Source of the DNA: Antedon mediterranea
Lineage: Eukaryota; Animalia; Echinodermata
Reading direction: 5' to 3'
Assembly: GCF_964355755.1 (NCBI RefSeq)
Contig: NC_092676.1
Span: 25,996,871-26,060,870, forward strand
DNA length: 64,000 bases
Positions within the stretch are counted from its first letter, which is position 1. Each line of letters begins with the position of its first letter. The notes beneath the pieces are model-generated. The model searched no databases and was not told the origin of the DNA. It worked only from the letters and a program-made list of their open reading frames with translations. This document shows positions 38,401 through 48,400 of this stretch, one piece after another. The position numbers were made by a program, and so were the translations under genes.

Positions 38401-41086
38401 ATTATATTACCTCCTTGTATTGTAGGGCAAAGTTATTAATGGTGGTAGATCCTGGAATGTATATTATATATCAACCATTATCGGATAGCAATATAACTTG
38501 GGACAAATAATAATCGCAGACATTTTAGTTAAGCAGATGCCTGACTAAAAACTGTTTATTTTATTTTACACACAGTTTATAACCTTGTTCTTTGGTTATG
38601 AATTTAGCTTGAAAAGACCACCAAATGTAAAATAATATTTGTAGGTAATATATACATAAAATTATATATATAAAATAATATTAATAGGTGATCATCCTAA
38701 CTCTAAAAATTATCCACACTCCAATAAATTAGTTAGTATTAAATACATTTTTATTAATAGTCTTTTTAAAAGATGAAAACGGTATTATTATTTTTATATT
38801 TTAGTTTAAAAAGTACTATTGTACTCAGGGCCCCAAACTGGTTAAATATTGGGAATAAATAAATAAGTATCCCCAGTGACAAACACTCGCTTGTTAAAAA
38901 CTAACATAATATTGTTATTGTTTATAAAGGTAATAATATTTTTAAATGATCAACCATGTTGTTCAAAAGTGTCACAAATAACATTACCATACTCGTTATG
39001 TAAAATTAAACATTTTTTTAGGCATGGTTAATAGTAGTAGAACACTACAATGTTCAATATACCACACTCTTTTCAAAACACTATTTTTGTCCATATAACT
39101 CAAGATTAAAACGAATCCGTAGCAATTAAAAGTCACCAAATCCGTGTCAATCTAATTTGTGTACTTGATGAGTGGTTTCTGTAGCAGATAAAATCACTTA
39201 TTAAACCATGGTTAAATATTGCATCCTGAATCAATTTAGGTCAAAGGTTATTAACTGTAGAAGCTTTTTTTTTATGTGTAAATTATAGTATTATTTCTTT
39301 GTTAAATAAGCATAAACTTAAATAATTATTATATTAAAGAAATCGTTTATTGTTTTTCTGATTCTTTAGCATACAAGCACATTTTAAACTTTCTAAAAAT
39401 AACAGTTTATTCTTCTAAATCATTTGTCCGCTATGATTCTTATATTTAATATTTTGCATATTGACATTCAAGTGCAAAGTAGTATCTCACTCAGCAACCC
39501 ATTTTGCGTATGAGCCATTGATGTCACAGGAATATTTGGAAATATTTTTGTATTATTACAGTAGACTCTCTGTTAATAGGACACCTTCAGGACACAAAGA
39601 AGTGTCCTTAAATAGTGGTGTCCCCTAAATAGGGATTGACAATGTGAACATTTAAAAATAATTTTGTATAACAGTACAAGCTCGGGACCCAAAAAGGCAT
39701 CCCTTAAATTCTTGATTCTATGATTTTTCATATTGACATAAAATGATTTTCAGAATTATTGATTATTTGAAAATTAATTTGTATAATAGAACAAGTTCGA
39801 ACAAAAAAATTTGTTCTCTAAACTCTTATATACTTAATTATCTTATATTTTTCATATGCCATAAAATAATTTTCAGAATTATTGATTATTTGGAAAAGAT
39901 TTTGTATAACAGTAAAACATTGGGACCCAAAAAGGCGTCCCCTACATTCTTTTATATATATATTTTTTCAGAATAATTGATTATTTGAAACCACCTCTGA
40001 CTCCTGAAGTGAAAACAAAAGTGATTGAGCTTACAGAGATCTACCTCAACCAGTATAAAGAACAAGTATTTGAGGCAATAGAAAAAGATGTAAATAAGGA
40101 GGTGGTCTGGCAACCATATTCTATAGATAAACTGAAATTGCAGTCTTTAAAGCCTGTTGCGTCAGTGTGCAATCAGTCACAGTTGACTGACGCGGAGAAG
40201 TTGAGAAATTGGGATAGAAAATGTAAGGCCTGGCAGAGAAGTCAAGGTAAGAATAAGATACACTAGAGGCATGCATGGTTCCTTGGGACCTGTCCGGCTG
40301 CTGTAGAATAAAAACGATTAGTAATACAGGTTTATTGTTGAATCAGTTATTTTTAATCAATATGAACTGCATTGTGGTTAATGATGACATGCAGCCACCA
40401 CAGATGCGCCAAAGAATGACCAAGGATATGTTAAATTATGATTAGTAACTACCCAACGAAATATATTATTATTATCCAATATTTTGCAAAAACTGTACAG
40501 TGATAAAAAATAACTATGGTATTTGTATTTTTTTTGTATTATTTACATACAGCTAATATTGATTGGAGTAAGTACCCATTAGGATGGTTACCAGGGCAAC
40601 AGTCAGATCCAGAATATTTTATTTTGAGATCAATAACATGTAAAGAAAAATGTGAAGAAGAGAGTAATAATAATAACAGGTACCTATTGGTTCATAAAGC
40701 TCTGTCTACACTATCAAACTTTATGTGACAAAAAATGTGATGTGCCCATATATGGACATGATTATGTCATATCACTACCATTTTTGGAGATATCACTACC
40801 ATATTTATGCACATCACACATTTTGTCAAAACTAGTTTGATAGTGTAGACAGAGCTTTAGTAAATTATAACATTTAGACACTATTGCTTTAAAAAATGCA
40901 TTTTATTCTAAGAGTGCATTAAGACTGTAAATTTATTTACACTCTTTTATTTTTTCATTATTTAGGTTGTCTTTTGAAGGATATGAAAAGATTTCTAAGG
41001 CTGACTTTGAATCAGTTGAAGATACAAGAGGAGTAGAATACACAACAGATCATTTGGCAAGTCCGCATCAAATGATTATCTACTAA
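23478..41086 (+). CDS. LAS1L: LAS1-like ribosome biogenesis HEPN endoribonuclease, 12 exons
   Basis: Exons 23478-23632 (VVAWLNQEEW..WKSR), 25496-25618 (LAYAMSLIR), 26178-26250 (FVN), 27995-28166 (GIPVWIVNLRHSATHGELPSL; HEPN RHxxTH), 28285-28331, 28855-28943, 29255-29337 (LLQDGFLVPT), 30055-30270, 31365-31491, 39972-40246, 40553-40679 (DWSKYPLGWLPGQ), 40966-41086 (stop). Phases are consistent throughout. Confidence 0.93.
24474..25195. mobile_element. Non-autonomous DNA transposon remnant with inverted termini
   Basis: GCCGCCGACAAGTTGAGCCGCC..TTTCTATGAAACGCC on the left is inverted as GGCGTTTCATAGAAA..GGCGGCTCAACTTGTCGGCGGC on the right. Confidence 0.7.
26578..27872. repeat. Near-perfect 46-bp minisatellite (~28 copies) in LAS1L intron 3
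   Basis: Unit ATGTGTGAGAAATAGCCACATACATGTGAGGCATAAATCAGCCCTC with only a handful of variants. Confidence 0.97.
29298..29860. repeat. 125-bp tandem repeat (~4.5 copies) spanning the LAS1L exon 7 donor
   Basis: Units start at 29298, 29423, 29548, 29673 and 29798. Each contains CACTA|GTAAGA, and the full-length units contain a B-box-like GGGTTCAA(A/G)TCC or a close variant. Confidence 0.93.
30313..31249. mobile_element. Kolobok-like MITE (TTAA TSD) interrupted by a nested element
   Basis: TTAA|AGATGTATTGTCCCCC ... GGGGGACAATATATCT|TTAA. An uninterrupted inverted copy lies at 37831-38036. Confidence 0.75.
30413..31010 (+). mobile_element. Non-autonomous Helentron/DINE-1-like element
   Basis: Starts AACAAGGCC, has (GACC/GACA)n microsatellite blocks near both ends and a terminal hairpin AGTCGCGTCCACGCGACT followed by an A-run. 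Confidence 0.6.
31756..32276. repeat. Three copies of a ~90-bp segment spanning the PLE ORF stop codon
   Basis: ACTACTAAAAATGAA...TTAATATCCTTTAAA at 31756-31844, 31861-31951 and 32186-32276. Confidence 0.88.
32231..34453 (-). CDS. Penelope-like retroelement-derived protein (degenerate reverse transcriptase + GIY-YIG endonuclease), single exon, antisense within LAS1L intron 9
   Basis: 740-aa open frame with strong Kozak context (ataatcATGG). PLE RT blocks: PAQVYGVP..K..PLIRPVI..TGTAYY, VLKDS, LLTNFP, QTDGVLMGFPLG, YTRFADN. C-terminal block: VVYQFTCPGC..SYIGKTGR.L..R..EH..LVYKH..EAIAI...PSL, ending KELEVF. Confidence 0.9.
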   Translation of the reverse strand: MASRAFKLIYYTASCTFRKMSKSYHDKMVPKVLRAYSTKEHHTQTINYLCDQLLTCEEKEVLEYAVENRLVTKPKEDDMLIQAEFIWDQLNSSGLLPDSLLERKRIKNAISAMVWNFLNFDGKQLSDDAKRLEILEDLQERYAILESEVPDKEVNPDEVKPDEEVNQEVKRDVEVKPDEKVKPDEVNPDEEVNPDEEVNPDKEVNPNKEVNPDEEVKTHKESNKRTCVVLLSKSDYLKQLVNVFSDDKKFKQYSQSLLTQLNTLKTYLRTIHSRREISDIEYERMRPTSTKPAQVYGVPIFRKDSKSIPLIRPVIDTTGTAYYPVAQFLAELLFPLTQNKFVLKDSYDSCNHIKNIPHSEGYQCVLINLQLLLTNFPLNDLIDIILDRVFNKKLVVTNLKRSTLCKLIKDACTKTVFSCNGQLYHQTDGVLMGFPLGLVLNNILITELEKSTVPDLLNKGVIRSYTRFADNALVVVRPKDIDDILRSFNPVLCDIEMNKNIYTQQAIQYERGVTSKNKVFWMHSSVFSDKLEGEQKKAKQLMESNGFSTSASSTNKYDKPTVRMRLPFIGNHGDIIVDKLRKAINQQLLVDVTFKTQWQSNDVFISHKDPTPKEYCSSVVYQFTCPGCFASYIGKTGRCLQVRVGEHSRTINSLVYKHINSCNDFENIIDKHSMALGATNTSLSKLCLTESLIFENTHIIRYAHSSELLIAEAIAIRRYKPSLCIGLKDIKELEVFSTSK
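33800..34015 (-). repeat. Coding 12-18 bp repeat (EVNPDE/EVKPDE units) inside the PLE-derived ORF
   Basis: About 13 acidic units, all in frame. Confidence 0.9.
34793..35033. repeat. ~119-bp direct duplication upstream of the PLE-derived ORF
   Basis: Two copies of TTAGATTTT..GCACGACTACACAC..CAGATGTCCCTCTAATTAAGGACC..GGTTTATTA. Confidence 0.85.
37831..38036. mobile_element. Kolobok-like MITE, uninterrupted copy
   Basis: TTAA|AGATATATT...GGGGGACAATACATCT|TTAA. Confidence 0.72.
40698..40856. mobile_element. MITE family A, full-length copy in LAS1L intron 11
   Basis: AGCTCTGTCTACACTATCAAAC...GTTTGATAGTGTAGACAGAGCT; starts about 18 bp after the donor. Confidence 0.88.
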
Positions 41087-41959
41087 ATTCAAAGGCAGCA
41101 TTTTGTTATGGACTTTTTTGTTTACCATCCTCATTATTAGGGACTAACTTTACAAAAGACGACGGGAAGCCACAGGTCGGTGCTCATGAATAATATATGC
41201 ATGAGCTTTAACAAAGTGGGCAAAACTTAGCGTGAAATTCCATCGTCGAGAACGATAAAGATGCACATATCCTTAAATATACACTTCAAATTACAATTTT
41301 TAAAACTCTAAATAACATTAGAATTTTGAATTTAACTAATAAACCGGCTACGTTGACTGTATATGATTTTACACTCTAGAGAACACAGGATATTCGCTGT
41401 CCGCCCCTAACTGTTGTGTCCCTATTGAGGACATCAGACTATCATAGACTGGTTTCAGTTGGTGCATGCATTACCTTTTGAGAGAGACCAGAAATTTAAG
41501 GGCTGTATATCTATATAATTTTTCATTTTATGATTAAAAGTTTGGTCTCTATGAACTAGTTTGACAAAGAAAAGTGTTGTGCGCCCAAATATGGTAGTGA
41601 TATTACCCACATATGGTATGCCAGTGCGATTAGATCACTTGAATTGCACGTACATCGTAGCATTGTCTTCAAGTAGGAACCGGGCTTTATTCAGGAGCCA
41701 ATGGTTTCAAAACAACGTTTCAGCAGATAACAATAAATACTGTAATTATGGTTATAAGATTATTATAATGCAATATATGCGCATATATAGCAATATTATT
41801 GCATAACAGTATTTTAAAAATTTGTTACAAAAATGGCGACCTTTTTTTTGTTGACATAAATGGTTACTATACGTCTATAAAATAATTATAACGCAATATA
41901 TGCACATATATAGCAATATTGCATAATAACAGTATTTTAAAAAGTGCATATTTTGGCAC

Positions 41960-43998
41960 TTTTCTTGAAAAGTACAGGGAAATTTTCGAAAAATGGCCGA
42001 TTTTCGTTACTGGTTACTATGGCCAATTTTCGACCTTTTTATTTTTCGATAAAACAGGTTACTATTGCATAATAAACATGCGCATGTCAATTGTGCTATA
42101 GTAACCAGTTTTGAACATAAATGGTTACTATAGCATAATAAACATGCGCAGAGTCGACTAATGGAATCTGCGCATGTTAATTGAGCTATAGTAACCAGTT
42201 TTATCGAAAAATAAAAAGGTCGAAAATTGGCCATTTTTTGAAAAAAGTACAGTACAGGGAAATTTTCGAAAAATGGCCGATTTTCGACCCTTTTATTTTT
42301 TGACATAAATGGTTACTATTGCATAATAAACATGCGCAGAGACGAATAATGGGTTCTGCGCATGTCAATTGTGCTATAGTAACCAGTTTTGACATAAATG
42401 GTTACTATAGCATAATAAACATGCGCAGAGTCGACTCAATGGGTTCTGCGCATGGTAATTGTGCTATAGTAACCAGTTTTATAGAAAAATAAAAAGGTCG
42501 AAAATTTGCTGTTTTTTGGAAAAAAATCCCTGTACTATAGTACAGGGAAATTTTCGAAAAAGGACCGATTTTCGACCCTTTTATTTTTTGACGTCAATGG
42601 TTACTATTGCATAATAAACATGCGCAGAGACGAATAATGGGTTCTGCGCATGTCAATTGTGCTATAGTAACCAGTTTTGACATAAATGGTTACTATAGTA
42701 TAATAAACATGCACAGAGTCGACTAATGGGTTCTGCGCATGTTAATTGTGCTATAGTAACCAGTTTTATTTAAAAATAAAAACGTCGAAAATTGGTCTTT
42801 TTTTGAAAAAATCCCTGTACTATAGTACAGGGAAATTTTCGAAAAAGGACCGATTTTCGACCCTTTTATTTTTTGACATCAATGGTTACTATTGCATAAT
42901 AAACATGCGCAGAGACGAATAATGGGTTCTGCGCATGTCAATAATAAACATGCACAGAGTCGACTAATGGGTTCTGCGCATGTTAATTGTGCTATAGTAA
43001 CCAGTTTTATTTAAAAATAAAAACGTCGAAAATTGGTCTTTTTTTGAAAAAATCCCTGTACTATAGTACAGGAAAATTTTCGAAAAAGGACCGATTTTCG
43101 ACCCTTTTATTTTTTGACATCAATGGTTACTATTGCATAATAAACATGCGCAGAGACGAATAATGGGTTCTGCGCATGTCAATTGTGCTATAGTAACCAG
43201 TTTTGAACATAAATGGTTACTATAGCATAATAAACATGCGCAGAGTCGACTAATGGGTTCTGCGCATGTTAATTGTGCTATAGTAACCAGTTTTATTTAA
43301 AAATAAAAACGTCGAAAATTGGCCATTTTTTGAAAAAAATCCCTGTACTATAGTACAGGGAAGTTTTCGAAAAATGACCGATTTTCGACCCTTTTATTTT
43401 TTAACATCAATGGTTACTATTGCATAATAAACATGCGCAGAGACGAATAATGGGTTCTGTGCATGTCAATTGTGCTATAGTAACCAGTTTTGACATAAAT
43501 GGTTACTATAGCATAATAAACATGCGCAGAGTCGACTAATGGGTTCTGCGCATGTTAATTGCGCTATAGTAACCAGTTTTATTTAAAAATAAAAACGTCG
43601 AAAATTGTTCATTTTTTTGAAAAAATCCCTGTCCTATAGTACAGGGAAATTTTCAAAAAATGGCCGATTTTCGACCCTTTTATTTTTTGACATAAATGGT
43701 TACTATTGCATAATAAACATGCGCAGAGACGAATAATGGGTTCTGCGCATGTCAATTGTGCTATAGTAACCAGTTTTGACATAAATGGTTACTATAGCAT
43801 AATAAACATGCGCAGAGTCGACTCAATGGGTTCTGCGCATGTTAATTGTGCTATAGTAACCAGTTTTGACATAAATGATTACTATAGCATAATAAACATG
43901 CGCAGAGTCGACTAATGGGTTCTGCGCATGTCAATTGTGCTATAGTAACTAGTTTTGACATAAATGATTACTATAGCATAATAAACATGCGCAGAGTC
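41960..43998. repeat. Higher-order palindromic satellite (~287-bp unit = one ~110-bp palindrome + two ~89-bp palindromes)
   Basis: TACAGG(G/A)A anchors at about 42253, 42541, 42826, 43067, 43354 and 43640. The array is flanked by a direct repeat TAACGCAATATATGCACATATATAGCAATA (about 41889 and 44000). Confidence 0.92.
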
Positions 43999-45479
43999 GT
44001 AACGCAATATATGCACATATATAGCAATACTATTGCATTAGGACCCAAGTGGAAATAAGTTTTTAACTTTTCTTGGCATTCCTTGTAATCAAGGCCTGTG
44101 TTTCTGTGCAATTGTTTTTTCTGCTTTTTTTTTTGCATTGTTTTTATTGTTTTTTAACCTTGATTACTAAATAAAGAAATTCAAATTAAAAAATAACAGT
44201 ATTTTCAGTGCATATTTTGGCCATTTTTTGAAAAAATCCCTGTTACCTCAATATTATATATACAGATAAATATTTCATACATGAAAAACATTGATAGCAA
44301 AACAGGATAGTACTAGTTGTCAAATAATATATTTATTTTCAGAACAGGTACCACAGCATTATACAAATTAAAAGCAAGCAGATTTTAACCATGGAAGAAT
44401 TTTAACTAATTCATTCTCAACAACAAACTGCTAGTGACGACAGCCTGTAAGCTCCAGTCCATCTATGCTTCCTAATACATTATACTTAATGGACACAATT
44501 GTCCTTACATTTTCTTTACTAATATATTGCAACATATTTAGCAACGGCTTGATGTGCATTCAGTAATATACTGTACTCTATCTGGTAAGCCAACTTACTG
44601 GCATACTATACACTTCATTTATAAACAAAAGTTTCTTTTTATTTTCATTACATCAAAACTGGAAAAGTTAGTACCAAATTCACATGTACAAATACAAATA
44701 AAACATACATTAGTCATTGAACAAGGATAAAGAATCCTTTCAGCAATTTTTATTTAGTTTTTTGCTCATTTTATTTCCTTTGTGATATGTTAAACAGTTC
44801 AGTAATTTAATTCCTATCATTTTTATTATTTTAGTATCCAAATAAACCCAATATTACAAAGTAATCTGATTAGTTCTTTAAAAATGAGATTGTTTCCTTG
44901 TTTATATTTTAAAAGCTTTGTTGTACATGTGAATCAGATATAACTTGGTGGGTGCCATGTCCCACAGCAACTTATTTACATTATTCATGCCTCATTGTGA
45001 GACTTGTATTTTAGACTTAAATCATTATAGTACAGAATTAAAACATTTACACATGTCAACTAGACACAGTGACTCATTGTACTGAACAGAAAGTGAATGA
45101 ATCCATGCGAGAGTAACTCGCAGACACTGTGTAAACGAACATGAATACAGTATACCAACATAGGTATATTTGTATTGACGACAAACACAAAAAGCAAGAG
45201 AATATATATTCATTGCTAAAGTTGGAAAATATCAGACAAACAACAAACTACTTTTGACTGTGGGGGATACACATTGTTATAGCAATAATCAATTACACAC
45301 ATTTATCATTTACTTTTTGCATATGTCTGAATATAATAGACATAGGCTTCTTTCCGCCCCCAGTCAAAATCTTGTTTATAAGTTTATTGTCTTGAGTAGG
45401 ACCTTAACAAAGACAAACAAAGAATTTAAGACACTAGACAGAACACCACTGAAACTACAACAGGTATTCAACATTGTGT

Positions 45480-48400
45480 TTACTTCACATTGTTCAACAC
45501 TGCCACAATTTCCGATGGGTCTGTTGTGTCTGGTAACTTCTTCATCGCCTTTTCTACAGCCTGTTGCCCGAAGAGGGCGCTCAAATGATGCTTCATGTTG
45601 CGTCGTTTCTCCTCAAAACCATCCGGTCTTTCTTTCTTCTGTACAAGCACTGGTTGAGGAGCATTGCTCGACATTACTGGGTAGTTAGAAGCTGAAGTGT
45701 ACGCCCACTTGTCTGGCCCATGTGTGACAGGGCTAGGCCTGGGGTAGTAATCTATTGTTCCCTTTGCACGTAGAACTCTCTCTTTAGGCCCTTGTGGATA
45801 TGAATCATATTGGGTAGGCACTTCCTGGTAGTATTGTGGGGGTAGATGCCCATACATGCTTTTGTAATGGGCTACGGGAATCGTAGAACCGTAACTAGGG
45901 TAGCTAGGCCGTCTTGAGTATGGCATAGGAGGTCTGTATGTCGGCAGGCCTTCTGGTTGGTAATCACTGCAAAATAAACATAGTATTTATGATAAAATCG
46001 GAAATCAAATGTGAAGGTAAAAAATAAACGGTCAACATTCATTAATTATTTATTATATATTAAAGTGAAAATTACCTTTGAGATCTAATTTGCATATGAC
46101 TCATTTCCGTCGCTAAAGACTTTTGGTACTCCTGCGGAATTCTGGGTCGAGCAGAAGGCTTAGTGGATCCTTGTAATGGCTCCGTGTGCGACTGTCCATA
46201 TGATTTAAGGTGAGGTGATACAAGTGGATATGTATGATTCTGATTGCTTGAGATGAAGCGGATAGGTTCAGTATGTCCTTTATTTGGTTTTATGTCTTTA
46301 TTATATTGGGGTAAGATTACTCCGGTATCAGATTTTTTCCGTGTTTGTGGATAATTCGCAGATGGTGTCGGGGATTCCTCTCTCCTAGATAACAAAGGAG
46401 CAGTGTAAGACATTGCACGAGCATCGGCACCAAGTTTCTCCGCACCTCCGGTTGGCGATTTTGTCTTATTCCGGAACTTATGGTTGTCTTTTAAACTGTC
46501 CGCGACTGACTTATACCGGGGTCTATCCGAGTGGAAATATTTACATTTGTTTCCAAAGGTACACTTGTTTCCATATGGACAGTGCGTGATTGGGTCCACT
46601 TGCAAAGGTTTGATCCGTAGAAAGTTATCAAGACTCGGACCATTTCGACCTAACGGGTCATCAGGTGGCATGAACCTTTAAAAAGGAAAAGTGTACATAA
46701 ATAACTATGACTATAGTAAGCAATGTTATTTCTATCTCCCTCAAATCTAGCCTCAATGAATTAAATATTATTAATATTTTTTATTAAATATGTACATTTT
46801 TAGCAAAACATATTTTCTCATAAAACTTTAACACACATCAAATTATTCTGCATGATATTGCGTTCTTCATAATTGAATGGAGTCAACACACTTTGCTGTC
46901 ATTGTCATTGTATGAACCATGATTCCGGTTTGAAAATCTTTTTATAAATCTGGTGGCATTATACAGCAAAGCTATCAGGATTTACATAAAGCTACAGGCC
47001 TTTCTTCTATTGTGTTTAAACACAGGTGATTTTATATAATACCTCCTGATATTTATAAATTGTTAAGACTAAACTTTAGTGATATGCTATTGTCATTTGC
47101 ATGGTATAACTTTAAATAAATTGGTTTTTTTTTTTGTTGATTTTATTTTTATCTTAATAATTTTTATAAACTGTGATAATGTTTATGTGTTTATAATTTT
47201 AAATAATATATAAATTGGAGGTGGATCACAGAATTTAGGTGGTGAGACAAGGAGAGCAAAGTCAAAAGAGCGCCCATTTTGCCTACTACTAATAAAATAA
47301 TACATTTTCGTCTAGACTTACTTATCCGTCACAAAGGCGTACATTAACAATCGTTCTGCTATAAATTTTTTCCATTCTAAATTTTCATTTTGAAGGTCCC
47401 TGAAATTGTCTTTGGAAACTATAATACCATCTAGATCAACGGCCGTTTTCACGATGTACCGGTCATCATAACATGTCTTTCGCATACCGTTTACACGTCG
47501 TGATGGGGTGAAAACTAAGATACCTTCTCTCTCTAGGTCAAGCATAATATGTTGATCTAATAAGAAACAAAATCAAAGATTTAAATTATAATAATATTTA
47601 TAATGATATGTTACATATTAATTTTAACTACAGTTTTTTAATTGGTTCTGATTTAAAGATGCACTATCATCGTGCGGTAAATATTAATTCAATGAAATGA
47701 AAATTATTATAATTATAGATTCTGTACAGTCATACAATATCCGCATTACAAGTATAAATACAGTTAGCCCCTAGGGACCACTGTGTCACATCAGTGTGTA
47801 TACAGTACAACAAAGCATTTGACTCAATTAAAAAGAGCAAAACAAATATAGTACTGTGGTGTATGTATAAAAGATCTAATTTAAAATTATTGGTTTTAAA
47901 AGCAATTAATACATAATTTAATACAAAATATCATTTAAAAAAAAATAATACATCCCACGTTTTTTCAGTATCATATGACCAAAATATAAATTTTCACTCC
48001 TACTCTAAAGTCAATGTACTCAACAGTCAAATCTCTCAACAATGTAAACATAAATATCTTTTATGATATTATTGACCTTTGAACCAGGAAGCTACATCCA
48101 CAATAATCCCTAGAACTACTTGAATAGGAAGCAAACACAAAGTTGATTGTAATATTATTATATCCCATAGCAATAACCTCCTACAAAGCCCACACATATA
48201 CTAAGAAATTAACATTCCCGGATACCTGTATATTTATTTTAACAATATTCGCACGTTTACAATAAAAATGATGCTATTAAATAATTTTGAATTTCATATT
48301 ATGTAGGCCTATAGAATGGAACATTTTTTTCCCATCACTGATTTTTACTATAGAATATAGAATCATTTCTTTTATAGTTTTTTTAGCAATTTTGCACAAT

